Source of the DNA: Tubulanus polymorphus
Taxonomy: Eukaryota > Animalia > Nemertea
Direction of reading: 5' to 3'
NCBI RefSeq assembly: GCF_964204645.1
Contig: NC_134035.1
Span: forward strand, 13,576,686 to 13,640,685
DNA: 64,000 nt
Shown here: one piece after another, positions 1 through 12,800 of the stretch
Layout of the letters: each line of letters opens with the position of its first letter
Position numbering within the stretch: position 1 is the first letter of the stretch
Program-made: the position numbers and the translations under genes
The notes under the pieces: generated by a model
Databases searched by the model: none
What the model saw: the letters and a program-made list of their open reading frames with translations, nothing else
Told to the model about the DNA's origin: nothing

Positions 1-350
1 CTCTGCTCTCTATCTCTCCTCTCCACTGTCTCTCTCTCTCTCTCTGCTGTCTCTCCTCTCTCCATCTTTCTCCTGTCTCTCTCTCTCTCTCTCTCTCTGC
101 TGTCTCTCCTCTCTCCATCTTTCTCCTGTCTCTCTCTCTCTCTCTCTCTCTGCTGTCTCTCCTCTCTCCATCTTTCTCCTGTCTCTCTCTCTCTCTCTCT
201 CTGCTGTCTCTCCTCTCTCCATCTTTCTCCTATCTCACTGCAACCTCTGCTCTCTATCTCTCCTCTCCGCTGTCTCTCTCCTCTCTCTCTCTCCTCTCCC
301 TCTGCTCTCTCTCTCTCCTCTCTATCTCTGCTCTCTCTCCTGTCTCTCAC
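1..350. repeat. CT-rich compound microsatellite
   Basis: (CT)n blocks in ~55-60-bp higher-order units. Confidence 0.9.
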
Positions 351-1195
351 TATGAATGATAACGTTATTGAATAAATGTTTTGATGACTCAATTTACTGT
401 TTGTGATGATTACTGAGATTGTGACACATCTCTGCAGTAAGGGATGGATGAGGATGCTGCAGTCAGTCACTCTGTCACTCTGTCACTCAGTAAGCTGTCT
501 GTACTCTCTCTCCCTACACAGTCACATCTCAATTTATCAACTCGATTTTCTTGATCTGCAGTTATCGGATTAGTTTCACTCTATTAGAATCATTTCATAT
601 TTGATGAATTAACGAGAGACTGTGGAACAATGGAACAGTGGAATCCTGTGGAACGGTGGAACAGTATCCTCGTCAAATAAAACTATCATTGAAATATTGC
701 GGTATATAAGATATTTATCAATAATGTTCTATGATTTGTGGTTGATGAATTGCGATGAGAATTCAATATTTCTGCGTCTCTGTTTGTTTCAAACACTTGT
801 CGTGTTTTTATTGCTTGATTTTTAGCAGACGAAACAAAACTAAAAACATCATCGTCGACTCACAGACTGTTAAGTCGTGGTCGGGTATTTTTGTGTTGAT
901 AATGCGTTTTATGTAGGTTGAAATTATTCAGTTTTCCTGGAATTATTTGTGTAACGTTGATAGTTTTGAGTTCAGACAATCTCTCCCTCCTTCCCTCCCC
1001 CCTCCGCTGTATCGGGATTTCACTTGTGTAGATAATTCAGCCAGAAATAAATTGACTAATTTAATAAACTTATTGTCAACAAAATACATGTAATGACAGG
1101 TACCAGTATATTGTTAATAAGATACATTGTAATGACAAGTACCGGTATATTGTTAATAAGATACATTGTAATGAACCGATGATGATATATTGTAG

Positions 1196-1352
1196 AGATG
1201 CAGTGAAAACGTTGTTGAAACATGAAGCGTCTACGAATGTGATGGATAACAGAGGATGTTTCCCTCTTCACTTGGCTGCGTGGAGTTCAAACGTTGAAAT
1301 CTGTCAGCTACTACTCACTAACGGGCCGTCTCTGGCTAATGCTAACGAACAG
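1196..1352 (+). CDS. ANKS1: ANKS1 exon, ankyrin repeat ([29 protein letters not shown]...NEQ)
   Basis: tgtAG acceptor at 1194-95; CAG|GTAAGT donor; ankyrin consensus. Confidence 0.9.
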
Positions 1353-4300
1353 GTAAGTCTTACAGTATAACACAGCCTCATCTATTATGATATCTCGAGA
1401 TTCTGATAATCTGTCGGATATCTTGAGATTCTGATAATCTGCTGATATCTTGAAGTTCTGATTATCTGTCTGATCTTGAGTCTGATAAACTGTCTGATAT
1501 CTTGAGATTCTGATAATCTGTCGGATATCTTGAGATTCTGATAATCTGCTGATATCTTGAAGTTCTGATAATCTGTCTGATCTTGAGTCTGATAAACTGT
1601 CTGATATCTTGAAGTTCTGATAATTTCTGTCTGATATCTTGAGATTCTGATAATCTGTTTTGGTATCTCGAAATTCTGATAAACCGTCATATCGTGCGAT
1701 TCTGATATCTCAAGATTCTGAAACCAAAATTGTGTGATATCTTTGAGATTCTGATAAACTGATTGATATCTTGAGATTCTGACTTGATATAGGGGATATG
1801 ATTAGGAGCGATGATGTTTAATTGTCTGTGACCCTTATTACATCATACACCACCACAGCAGTAGCAGCGTACACACACACATAGTGTATCATTCCTTCTC
1901 ATACTTGATTTACACTGAAGTCATCGTTGATATAGATTGGTGTCAAAGTCATTTCGTTTATATTTCAAATTGGTTTATACAGCACAGTAGTACAGCACTC
2001 CCATCCGTCCCCGGCTGGCGGTGAAACTGTTTATAGATCACTAATACTCTCAGATTGGAATAGAGGACGGGATGAATGAAATTGAAGTGTGACTGATAGC
2101 GGTATTCACTCTATATGTACTCTCAGATAGGACGAGCCGACGCTGAAACTGAAGTTTGAACATTGTCTATATCACCACGAGAGTGACACTGTTACGTAGC
2201 TACAGTCTCATACGTCCTGTTGCTCGAGTCAGGACTGTCATTCGTTGTGATGAATCTCGTCAATCAGTTGGATTTTACTGAAACGACGACACTCAGCGTG
2301 TCTGTTAACGGTAGATGACCCTGAGCCGGCGTCGCTGCAGCAGATAGAAATATTTTAATGTGTTTGTAATGTTGTAAGATAAAGCGCTCGCGCTGTACGC
2401 AGATATAAATTGGTTGGATTACTGGATGTGTGATGAGCTCTCTCCGTCGTGTCCTGTCTCTATATTCTCGATGATAAGTCTATATTTAATACCCGCGTCG
2501 TATCGCCCGCTTGCCACAGCCTGCCATCGCCGCCTAGCTGATTTATATATATATATATATTTGTGAAGTTATTGCCGTTATGGAACTGATTCTGAATGGA
2601 TGTCGATGATAGAATCAGTTGTGTTAAACTAGTGAAAGTTTTGTGCTGTAGAGACCGATATAAGCAGCAGACGTCGGACTCGACGGCTGAAACGCCGGAA
2701 TCTGACGCCGCTGATTGCTGTGTAAGTATTCGCAACAACAGAATTATCATCGTGTTTCTACAATTTAGAATTTTGAAGTCACGTCTCACATTTCTAGGAA
2801 GAGGACAGATTCAGGACGGATAGCTCGGTCCATGGACGGCTAGGTTCAGAGAAGAACCTGTTTTAGGTTCAGGGTAAAATCAGTTTGGGAAGGAATGCTG
2901 GGCTCAGGATGGCTCAGGGTAGAAGCTGCTGAGTTCAGTGTTTAGGGATGAGAGCTGGACTGGGGGAGGGTATGGTTCAGGTTCAGGCTCAGGCTGAGTT
3001 CAGTGTTTAGGGATGAGAGCTGGACTGGGGGAGGGTATGGTTCAGGTTCAGGCTCAGGCTGAGTTCAGTGTTTAGGGATGAGAGCTGGACTGGGGGAGGG
3101 TATGGTAAAGGTTCAGGCTGAGTTCAGTGTTTAGGGATGAGAGCTGGACTGGGGGAGGGTATGGTTCAGGCTCAGGCTGAGTTCAGTGTTTAGGGATGAG
3201 AGCTGGACTGGGGGAGGGTATGGTTCAGGTTCAGGTTCAGGCTGAGTTCAGTGTTTAGGGATGAGAGCTGGACTGGGGGAGGGTATGGTTCAGGCTCAGG
3301 CTGAGTTCAGTGTTTAGGGATGAGAGCTGGACTGGGGGAGGGTATGGTATAGGTTCAGGCTGAGTTCAGTGTTTAGGGATGAGAGCTGGACTGGGGGAGG
3401 GTATGGTTCAGGTTCAGGCTCAGGCTGAGTTCAGTGTTTAGGGATGAGAGCTGGACTGGGGGAGGGTATGGTTCAGGTTCAGGCTCAGGCTGAGTTCAGT
3501 GTTTAGGGATGAGAGCTGGACTGGGGGAGGGTATGGTTCAGGCTCAGGCTGAGTTCAGTGTTTAGGGATGAGAGCTGGACTGGGGGAGGGTATGGTTCAG
3601 GTTCAGGCTCAGGCTGAGTTCAGTGTTTAGGGATGAGAGCTGGACTGGGGGAGGGTATGGTTCAGGTTCAGGCTGAGTTCAGTGTTTAGGGATGAGAGCT
3701 GGACTGGGGGAGGGTATGGTTCAGGTTCAGGCTCAGGCTGAGTTCAGTGTTTAGGGATGAGAGCTGGACTGGGGGAGGGTATGGTTCAGGTTCAGGCTCA
3801 GGCTGAGTTCAGTGTTTAGGGATGAGAGCTGGACTGGGGGAGGGTATGGTTCAGGCTCAGGCTGAGTTCAGTGTTTAGGGATGAGAGCTGGACTGGGGGA
3901 GGGTATGGTTCAGGTTCAGGCTCAGGCTGAGTTCAGTGTTTAGGGATGAGAGCTGGACTGGGGGAGGGTATGGTATAGGTTCAGGCTGAGTTCAGTGTTT
4001 AGGGATGAGAGCTGGACTGGGGGAGGGTATGGTTCAGGTTCAGGCTCAGGCTGAGTTCAGTGTTTAGGGATGAGAGCTGGACTGGGGGAGGGTATGGTTC
4101 AGGTTCAGGCTCGGGCTGAGTTCAGTGTTTAGGGATGAGAGCTGGACTGGGGGAGGGTATGGTTCAGGTTCAGGCTCAGGCTGAGTTCAGTGTTTAGGGA
4201 TGAGAGCTGGACTGGGGGAGGGTATGGTTCAGGTTCAGGCTCAGGCTGAGTTCAGTGTTTAGGGATGAGAGCTGGACTGGGGGAGGGTATGGTTCAGGTT

Positions 4301-6777
4301 CAGGCTCAGGCTGAGTTCAGTGTTTAGGGATGAGAGCTGGACTGGGGGAGGGTATGGTTCAGGTTCAGGCTCAGGCTGAGTTCAGTGTTTAGGGATGAGA
4401 GCTGGACTGGGGGAGGGTATGGTTCAGTGTTATGTTTGTCTCTCTCTCTGCTGTAGTTATTTCTCCACTAATTTATGCAAATTATCAGTGATTTTTTGCG
4501 TCGCAGTTTCAACGTGACCTATTTATTTATTAATCTAACGATTAATAAATACTCCGGGAGTAGTAATTATACCAGTCTCTCTGTATACTCTAGGAGTAAA
4601 CGTTTCTATTCATATATTCATGTGAAATTCCTACCAGGATTAATTTCCTTTTGTGTCGTAATTATTGCTATTATGGTCAGAAGTTTTAATAGATTCCACG
4701 ACTTTCCCCCCCTCTTACCCCCTCTCACCCCCCCTAATTACAGGTGCCGGTATGCTGATTACGCCGGGTGGCAATAACTCAATCTCACGTCAATCATAAC
4801 TAACAATCATTCCGACATATTTTTGATATAACAGTAAAAATGTCGAGAATAAAAACGAATTCATTTCCTGATTTTCTCCGATATTGTTGTATATATGCTC
4901 AACTCGTAGCAGGGTTCCTAGCGATCTGGAAAAACCTTAAATTCATAAAATTTGTAATTTCTGAAATTTGAAATATATCTGAAGTAAGGGTAGTTACATA
5001 ACTGGGACTGATTTTGGAGCAGACCCAGTTTGAGTGAGGTTATCTTAATCTGTATGGTGTTCGATAACTGGTATCGATTTTGGAGTAGTCCCAGTTTGAG
5101 CCAGAGTTAGGTTATCTCGATCTGTATGGTGTTCAAAAACGGTTAGGCCTGATAATATCATAGACATACATTATCAACAAGTGTTATAGTACATAAGCGA
5201 AAATACATTTTGACATAACAGATATATCAGAAAATCAGGACATCAAAAACTTGAAATCAGTAATGATATATGAATGTATATGTTTATATGGTCGTAGAAA
5301 AAACTCTGCTATCACCAAAACTCAAAAACCCTGACAGAAATCCTACAATTGATTGCACAATCAAAAAGTTGTCTTAGGTCTAAAAACTTTATCTCAGAAC
5401 TAACACAGTCTTGGAACTGAGTCATAAATCTAAGCGCTCATTGCGTCTAACTGATACCTGATCTAAATAAACAGTTCTCCTTGAATTCACAACACGATGA
5501 GAATCAGATGAAGTTTTTTTTTCACAAGTCGATATTGTGATTATTACCGGTGGTTGTTTTTACGTAGTTCTCAAGTTTCAACTCTCTCACTATTTTTACT
5601 CTTATTCTCCTCTCGTTTGTCTCTTATCCTTTACTTACCTCTCGTACTATACTGATGTGAGTTTCTATTATTTTTGTAAACTCTCAAGCTGGCAGCTCTC
5701 GGAATCTCAGAGATATCACATTTCGATAAGTTAGTAGATGAAGATTGTTCACTTGAACAAACAACTCACAACTCTTTCATCTACAGTTTTTCACTTTCAA
5801 TGAACTGACAGTTTTTTATTGCTGATCATTTTTTTCTAATGTTGTAGCTATGTTTTCTAATGTAGCTATGTTTTCTAATGTAGCTATGTTGTTTGTTTGT
5901 TTGTTTTTAGAATACAGAAGGTGATACAGCTCTACACACAGCAGCTCAATACGGACATACTGATGTTGTATCTGTATTATTAGAGGTAAGCATTGTGGGC
6001 TACAGGATTTGGGCACTGGGCCAGCCCTAGGTGTGGGTAGTATGGGTACAGATTGGGACTGGAGCTGGAAAGCATTGTGGGCTACAGGATTTGGGCACTG
6101 GGCCAGCCCTAGGTGTGGGTAGTATGGGTACAGTTTGGGACTAGAGCTGGAAAGCATTGTGGGCTACAGGATTTGGGCACTGGGCCAGCCCTAGGTGTGG
6201 GTAGTATGGGTACAGTTTGGGACTAGAGCTGGAAAGCATTGTGGGCTACAGGATTTGGGCACTGGGCCAGCCCTAGGTGTGGGTAGTATGGGTACAGATT
6301 GGGACTGGAGCTGGAAAGCATTGTGGGCTACAGGATTTGGGCACTGGGCCAGCCCTAGGTGTGGGTAGTATGGGAACAGATTGGGACTGGAGCTGGAAGG
6401 CGTTGAGGGCTACAGGATTTGAACTGGGACACCTAGCACTGGGACACCTAACACTGGGACACCTAACACTGGGACACCTAGCACTGGGACGCCTTACTCT
6501 AGGATGCCTTACGCTGGAAAGCATCTAACAGTGTATATATTTCTTGTATGTATTCACTAATGATTGCAATATTTACATTGATTGATGAGAAACTCTGAGA
6601 GAGAATGAGAGAGAGAGCGAGAGAGAGATTGAGAGAGTGAAGGATCGATATTAAAGTTGACCCACTCGTCTCCCCTAGGTGCCATCAAGTCTCTCTACTG
6701 CAGAGACTCTTGTCTTTTCTTGATCATTTATTATTTTCTGTGTGTAATGAAGATGTGGTAGTTGCGTGGTATATCAC

Positions 6778-6846
<69 letters not shown>

Positions 6847-9800
6847 GTTGTCACTAGAGCTTATAGAATCTATCTGAAATGCCAAAACGCCTAAACACTA
6901 CTGATGAGGTAGTGATCATATCTCAATGATAGAATTACTGATATAAAATGGTTATATTTGAGAACTGAGGCTTTGGATCGGTTTAATAAAATGATTGTCT
7001 TTGTGTCCATCTGAAAACTTGTAACCACAGGCCCCGGGGGACCAAAAGTGGTCTTAAATCTTAAGACTGTTGGGGACCAAAAGTGGTCTTAAATCTTAAG
7101 ACTTGTCTTAAGATGTTAGATTGGCTACAGAACTAACTTTGTCTTAGTATGGTATTAAGTCTAAGCCCTGACTATGCAACCGGCCTCAGATGATAGATTG
7201 TGTAGTCTCTCGTCTGATATTGATTTAGATGATTTGATTATGATTTCAGAATTTCGCCGATCCGGGAGTGAGGAATAAAAAAGATGAAACACCGTTGGAT
7301 TTAGCCGCTCAATACGGACGTTTAGAAACGGTGGATTTATTGATTACACACTCGCGCCATCTATTGTCGAATTGTTCTATAACTCATACTCCGTTACATC
7401 TGGCTAGTCGAAACGGACATAAACAAGTAGTCGAGCGTTTATTATCGGCTGGGTTCGATGTCAATACTGCGGTAGGTTCTCCTATAATATTCCTCTTATT
7501 TCGTAGCAATAGTAAATAAAACTCTTGAGTGGGTTTCATAGATGTGGAAGAAAAATAATCCCTGGGAATATTTTGAAATTTGTCAGTTATAACCATGGTT
7601 TCTCATTGTAACTATGGTGGTTGTCACCCAGATTGAGGATTTAACCCTAGGGATAACTTTGATACTCAGTCTATGAAACCGGGCCCAGGAGTTTCGATGT
7701 AATGATTCCCCCTTGCCCCACGGTCTAGTTGGTTCATGTTATAAGCCCAAAAGCAGTGTTAAATCATTCAGAAGACTGTAGGTTTTCGGAATGAAATTTT
7801 TTGTAAAATACTTCTAAAGACTTGAAAACTTCTCACCATTGAGTGGACTGATACTGAGGAAACTCTTTACTCCCAAAAACTACATCAAAAAAATTTTATT
7901 CATCTTTAATTGAACTAAGATTTTGATGTCAAATTACTCTTGTTTTTGTGGAAAACATATAATTGTTTGTATTTTTAGACTGAATACGGTAGCGCGTTAC
8001 ATGTAATTGTTTGTATTTTTAGACTGATTACGGTAGCGCGTTACATGTAGTTGTTTGTATTTTTAGACTGAATACGGTAGCGCGTTACATGTAATTGTTT
8101 GTATTTTTAGACTGATTACGGTAGCGCGTTACATGTAGTTGTTTGTATTTTTAGACTGAATACGGTAGCGCGTTACACGAAGCAGCATTTTACGGTAAAA
8201 CTGACGTCGTAAAAGTTTTACTTTCGTTCGGCGTCGACACAAATTTACAAAATCAAGAAGGTAAAACAGCTCTGGAGCTCGTGAATTCACAGACATCTAC
8301 GAGATCACAGGAAATAGCACTTCTTATTAAACGTATGTACCACAACCAGCAATCCAGTTCGGGTGACCGCTAATCCAGTCCCCAGACCGGGTGACCGGTA
8401 ATCCAGTCCCCAGTCTGAACTACCAGGAATCCAGTCCTCAGTCTGGGTGACCGGTAATCCAGTCCCCAGTCCGGGTGACCGCTAATCCAGTCCCCAGACC
8501 GGGTGACCGCTAATCCAGTCCCCAGTCTGAGCTACCAGGAATCCAGTACCCAGACCGGGTGACCGGTAATCCAGTACCCAGACCGGGTGACCGGTAATCC
8601 AGTCCCCAGTCGGGGTGACCTGGAATCTTGTCCCCAGTCCGGGTGACCGTTAATCCTGCTGATTGTAAGTTTAAATCAATTGATATTTGTACACGTATTG
8701 TTGCAGGACAATCGTATCGCTATGGTGATGAGATCGTGATCACATCTGAACCGAGTAGTTATGATTTAATATCACAACAACAACAACAGCGGCGATCACT
8801 GGATAAATCTAATCAGGTATGGGTATCCACCAACAGGGGGTGTTAGTGAAACAGTCAACTTTTAGTTTTATGCATTAACCTCCTTCAGAAAGCTGAAAAC
8901 GAGCTTTGAAAACATAAAAGTTTTTTAAAATGCCGTTCAACTCCTTGAAAAAAGTCCTTGAATTCTGGAATGACTGATCTATTGGGACAATGAATGGTTT
9001 TAGGTGAAAATCCGAAAATTCAGATTTTGAAATAGTGTCTATTAACGTAGTATAACTATTGTGTGTATATTGATGTATTTGATGTTTATATTTCAGCAGC
9101 AGGATTCAGCGCAGGACCAGTCCTCTGTTACTACTATACCTCACAGTCAATCACTGTTTATATTTCAGCAGCAGGATTCAGCGCAGGACCAGTCCTCTGT
9201 TACTACTATACCTCACAGTCAATCACTGTATGAGAATGTATCCTCATCCAGTAGTAATAGTATAGTTAAACCGATACCACTTCCGAGACAGAGTAAACCA
9301 CCGGCTAGCGTACCCGTACCGGTGCCCGGAGTACCCGTACCCCGTCCGGGTAAACCAGCTCTACCCAGTCCTGTCTACGCTGCTGACTCCGATAACAGTA
9401 TCTACGCAATCGAACAAACTATTAAAAACTCAATGAACGCTAAAACTGAACGGTAAGATATTCACCCAGTTCTCTCTCCTAATGTCTATTTCAACCTGAG
9501 TTGAGAGCATTCCAGGTGGCCTAGCTCACTCAGTTTTGGTAGTACATACCTGATAAAGGTCTAAGTAGGACCAGAAAGGACTGGCAGCTGAACTAAAACA
9601 TTGAATATTAATCCATTCTACACTGTATTGAAGGTTTACAAAAAGTCTCTCAGAGAAAAGGTTTTTGAACCGGGCATTTCAAGTAGACATTATTAATTAG
9701 TGATGATTATTAATTGTATGTTCTGTTTATTTGATTGACAGGTGCAGTTCTAACAGCGGCGATGAATTATATCAGGTGCCTCCGTCTGCCCGTCGTTCAC

Positions 9801-12800
9801 ATGACAGCACGTCGTTTCAATTATATAAAGTTCCGCCTCCCGCGAATCGAGGGTCGGTTTCCTCGTCGGAGCGTCACTCGGAGTCGTACGACGTGCCTCC
9901 GACCGCTCGGTACTCCGCCGCTACGACCGTATCCTCCGGCGACGATACGTTATACCAGGTACCGCCCTCTAGTGGCGGAGTACGCACTTATTCGAACTGC
10001 TCCGATAACGGGTTGTATCAGATTCCGAGTCGGTCGCGTCAGACGTCGACCGCATCTTACGACTCCTGTAATCTATACCAGGTACCGCCATCTAGCGGCG
10101 GCCGCAAGAGAAATTCATCGGATGCGTCGAAAGCGCCACCTGTCGGCGACGACGGACTATATCAGGTACCGCCGTCGTCGTGCCGACGACCGTCGAGATG
10201 TTCGGAATCGGATGTTGGATTGTTGAACGAAGTTCCGCCGTCGCCGACCCAGAAAACGGACGGTTTATATCAGATGTCGTTCGACCAATCAGAGACGAGT
10301 TTACTGAGCGAGGTTCCTCCATCTCCGACGCAGACGAACGCTCCGAGCGGAGGATTCTATAAGAATATTCCTCCACCGCGGAAGAGTTCGATTCCACAAC
10401 GGAAACCGTCGTTAAACTCACAGAGTTCACTTTACGACGTTCCACCTGCAGGTGTTAATATTTACGACGTTCCTCCTGCTGGTGTCAATAATACTGTCGA
10501 TTGTAAGTTTGATTTCTATAAATCTGAGGGGAGGGGGCGTTTCAAAATTACCTCACCCCACATACACAATTTTAAACTAATCAACAAAATCTAACTCTAG
10601 ATGTTCATAAAGTATGTGCGCAGTATTTTGGTGATTTCTGGCCCCCTTTGCCCCCCCCCCCCCCCGTGTACTACTGTACAATTTGAAGTTTACTGGTGTC
10701 AATTGATTGATTAAAACTGTTTTATTTCAGCAGCAATGAAATCTGTAGGTTATATTCCGATGGACCAAGCAAAAGTTACCAGTAAACAAACGATGTCTTC
10801 CACTATGGTGAGTTTATTGAATGTAGTTTATTGGTGGAAAGGGAGAAGGGAGAGTGGTAGAGAGAGAGGGGAGAGAGAGGGGAGAGATGAGTGAGATTAG
10901 GAAGAGAGGGAGAGTGTGTTATATCGATATGACAAGTGAAAAGAGGGAATCCTTTACTGAACTCAATCTATGATCTAATCATTATTTTTCTGATATTCTT
11001 ATTTCAGGAAAAAAATTTTCATTATCAAAACATTCAAGAAAACCAGTATATTTTACATTCCCCTCCGAAGAGCAAACAATCGGCTACTGCTGCGCCTCCT
11101 AGTGGCGGCACCGGCGATAGTCAACGGAATCGAGGTGAATCGGAGGAGGAGAATCAATATATGATTCATTCTCCGAAATTGAACGAATCGAATTCTGTTG
11201 AGAAAACGGAAGAAATGTACATGAACAGCGAACAGTTAAAAACAGCTCGGAATAAATCAGAAAATTCAATGCGCAAAAACGATGAAACGATCGAGAAGGA
11301 TGAAACTGAAGAGGACGATAGTTATTTCATAAATACGGGCGTTAGTTTTACTCGTTCGTCGTCGACTGTGAAACCGATTGTTACGTCGTCGTTGCTAAGC
11401 GATAATGAACCGGTGCTTTATCAGAACCCTCACGAGGTTCGCAACGATTCGGACGGCGTTTATGAGTTGTTGTGTTTCGCAACGTCCGGGCAACGAGAGA
11501 CGGTTGAATCACACGATGTGAGTAGCGGTGAGGAGGAGGAGGTGCAGCTGGAGCAGCAGCAGCAGCAGCACCAGCAGCAGCAGCAGGAAGCTGTAAAAGA
11601 GAATAAAACAAAGGAGAACAAGAAAAAAGGTAAAAGGAAATGCAGATGATATAAGTGTATCTCTGTCCACAGCTGAATGAAATGTAGATCTTTAAAAGAT
11701 CTTTCAAACAATGTAAGATATGACTATTATTATTATCCTTTGAAAAAACAAGGGCTCCTATCTTTATAACAATAGCCAGTTCTAGAGCAAATCTGGACCT
11801 GTCATCTTGGTGCTTTTAGCAGAGTGGTCGCCTTGTAGTCTGCAGTTCTTATCCTGAATTTCTTTCTATGGAATATTTTTTTTCTTAAATCAAAATTATG
11901 ACCACCAGTACCGGTACACAGGATACATCGATAGGTGACAGAAAACCTGTTATCGCTGCTTTGCAGCTATATTGAATTTATTATTGATTTCAGAAGCTCC
12001 TCCGCCGGTCGCAGCTAAACCGATTTCTAAACCGCCGTCTTTAGAGTTTAATCAACAGCGCAGTAGCGTCGAGTTTCCCGGTGGCAGTCCGTCGAGTTAC
12101 ATCCAGCCTCCGACTCCAGATCATCCTCCACCGTCTCCTCAAACAGCTATATCCGGTATTATAGAAACTATCAATCTGAACGTAAGTTGAGATGATCAAC
12201 CATTGATGAGTTCGTCTTGTAAAGATAATATAAAATCCCTGCACACTAAGAATAAAAAGAGTCTGAAATGTTTCCTTGAGCTAGTGTAGTTTATTCAACG
12301 TTTCAACTATATCCTAATAGTCATCTTCAGGAATACTGATGTTGTCCTCATTATAACCATTGATGAAACACTCTGAGTCCGTGTTGTAAAGATAATATAA
12401 AATCCCTGCACACTAAGAATAAAAAGAGTCTGAAATGTTTCCTTGGGGTGTGTAGTTTATTCGATATTTCGACTATATCATAATAGTCATCTTCAGTAAC
12501 GCCAGTTTGTAGCACATCATATTGCTTAATCAGTCTTTTTTTCTGGACTGTATGAAATATCTCATAATTTTGTTATAACTTAAGTATTCCTGAAGATCAC
12601 AATTAGTGTATAGTCGAAACGTTGAAGTAAACTATTAGCCTCGGTGCGCAGGGATTTTGTAAATCGTAAAACCAATGAATTATAAAAACTGTGTTCGTTG
12701 ATTTATGGTTAGTATGTTTCGATGTAGATGTATTTATTACTATGGGTAAGTTGATAAAACACTTACAGTTTATCCTAGAATATAAACGCTTAAAACACGG

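Noticed and set aside
9735-10445. Overlapping alternative-frame and antisense ORFs
   Set aside because: Shadows of the GC-rich real exon 9742-10502.
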